From the NCBI GenBank assembly GCA_913043075.1, contig CAJWLI010000001.1, positions 1 through 28,053 of the forward strand: DNA of 28,053 bases. The letters are read 5' to 3'. Position numbers and translations under genes: made by a program. Shown one piece after another: positions 27,362 to 28,053 of this stretch (position 1 is its first letter; every line of letters starts with the position of its first letter). The notes under the pieces were generated by a model. It was given only the letters and a program-made list of their open reading frames with translations, did no database searches and was not told the DNA's origin. The DNA comes from an uncultured Gammaproteobacteria bacterium (lineage in GTDB: Bacteria; Pseudomonadota; Gammaproteobacteria; Pseudomonadales; Azotimanducaceae).

Positions 27362-28053
27362 ATGAGTGGAAATTACGTTTGGATATTGGCTATTTTAGCG
27401 AGTGTACTCTTTGGTTTTTTGCTAGCTTGGGCTGGTAGCGATGGAAGTATGCAAATCTATGGATTGCCTCTTTTTTCTATTTCGGTGGTCTTCGCCTTTC
27501 TTATTCAGTGGATTTGTTTCGTCCCCTCTTTTCTTTTTCAGACAGAGAAATATTTTGATCTTACGGGCAGCTTAACCTATGTCTCGATAATAATTTTTGC
27601 TTTGGTAATGTCGGATGATCTGGGAGCGCGAAAACTTACGATAGGGATTTTTGTTCTTTTGTGGGCATTTCGATTGGGAACATTTTTGTTTTCTCGAATT
27701 AGATCAGCTGGTGAAGACTCCAGATTTAAAGTGATTAAAACTAATTTCTTCCAATTTTTGATGACCTGGTCTCTTCAGGGGCTTTGGGTTTGCGTCACTT
27801 GTGGTGCTGCTCTGGCAGCCATTACCTCTGATAAACAAAACTCTTTGGGTGTTTTCTTTTTCGTGGGGTCTGCTTTTTGGTTGGTAGGTTTTTTCGTTGA
27901 AGTATTGGCTGATCACCAGAAATCTGAATTTAATCGAGAGCTGGAGAATTCTGGAAAGTTTGTTCACACAGGGTTGTGGGCTTGGTCTAGGCATCCTAAC
28001 TACTTCGGTGAAATTATGCTTTGGTCAGGGTTAGCAGTTGTTGCTTTGCCTGT
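27362..28053 (+). CDS. DUF1295 integral membrane protein (steroid 5-alpha-reductase-like), truncated at the window end and absent from the ORF track
   Basis: My translation from ATG 27362 is open to the end: MSGNYVWILAIL...QTEKYFDLTGSLTY...LWAFRLGTFLFSRI..GEDSRF...TWSLQGLWV...EVLADHQK...TGLWAWSRHPNYFGEIMLW. It is highly hydrophobic. Confidence 0.9.
   Translation, partial: MSGNYVWILAILASVLFGFLLAWAGSDGSMQIYGLPLFSISVVFAFLIQWICFVPSFLFQTEKYFDLTGSLTYVSIIIFALVMSDDLGARKLTIGIFVLLWAFRLGTFLFSRIRSAGEDSRFKVIKTNFFQFLMTWSLQGLWVCVTCGAALAAITSDKQNSLGVFFFVGSAFWLVGFFVEVLADHQKSEFNRELENSGKFVHTGLWAWSRHPNYFGEIMLWSGLAVVALP

Overview
This is a compact, almost fully coding bacterial chromosome segment with GC in the mid-40s percent by spot checks. 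I found 25 CDS, two truncated by the window edges, and only about 1.1 kb of intergenic DNA. No RNA genes, mobile elements or CRISPR arrays were seen. Housekeeping-type genes (yaiI, trhO, sirB1/ychA) look gammaproteobacterial, which is inference from recalled family sequences. The left 8 kb is a co-directional coenzyme F420 operon: cofE (5' truncated), cofD, cofC and a fused cofG/cofH (fbiC), followed by three luciferase-like (LLM) oxidoreductases of different subfamilies. The rest is mostly acyl-CoA/lipid catabolism: FadA5-like thiolase, cytochrome P450, MFS transporter, two SDRs, acyl-CoA ligase, class III CoA-transferase, MDR oxidoreductase, an ACAD10/11-type kinase and a matching acyl-CoA dehydrogenase, an HtdY-like hydratase, a DUF1295 membrane protein, a nitroreductase and GTP-dependent PEP carboxykinase. 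The best leads are: (1) the F420 pathway looks PEP-type but has no visible dehydro-F420 reductase, and its CofC has an unusual N-terminal motif; (2) a split ACAD10/11 (lva-like) hydroxy-acid pathway; (3) many proteins resemble mycobacterial ones in a non-actinobacterial context; (4) a 15-bp palindrome recurs upstream of pckG and between the P450 and MFS genes. All family assignments come from motifs and my recall of homologues; no database search was run.
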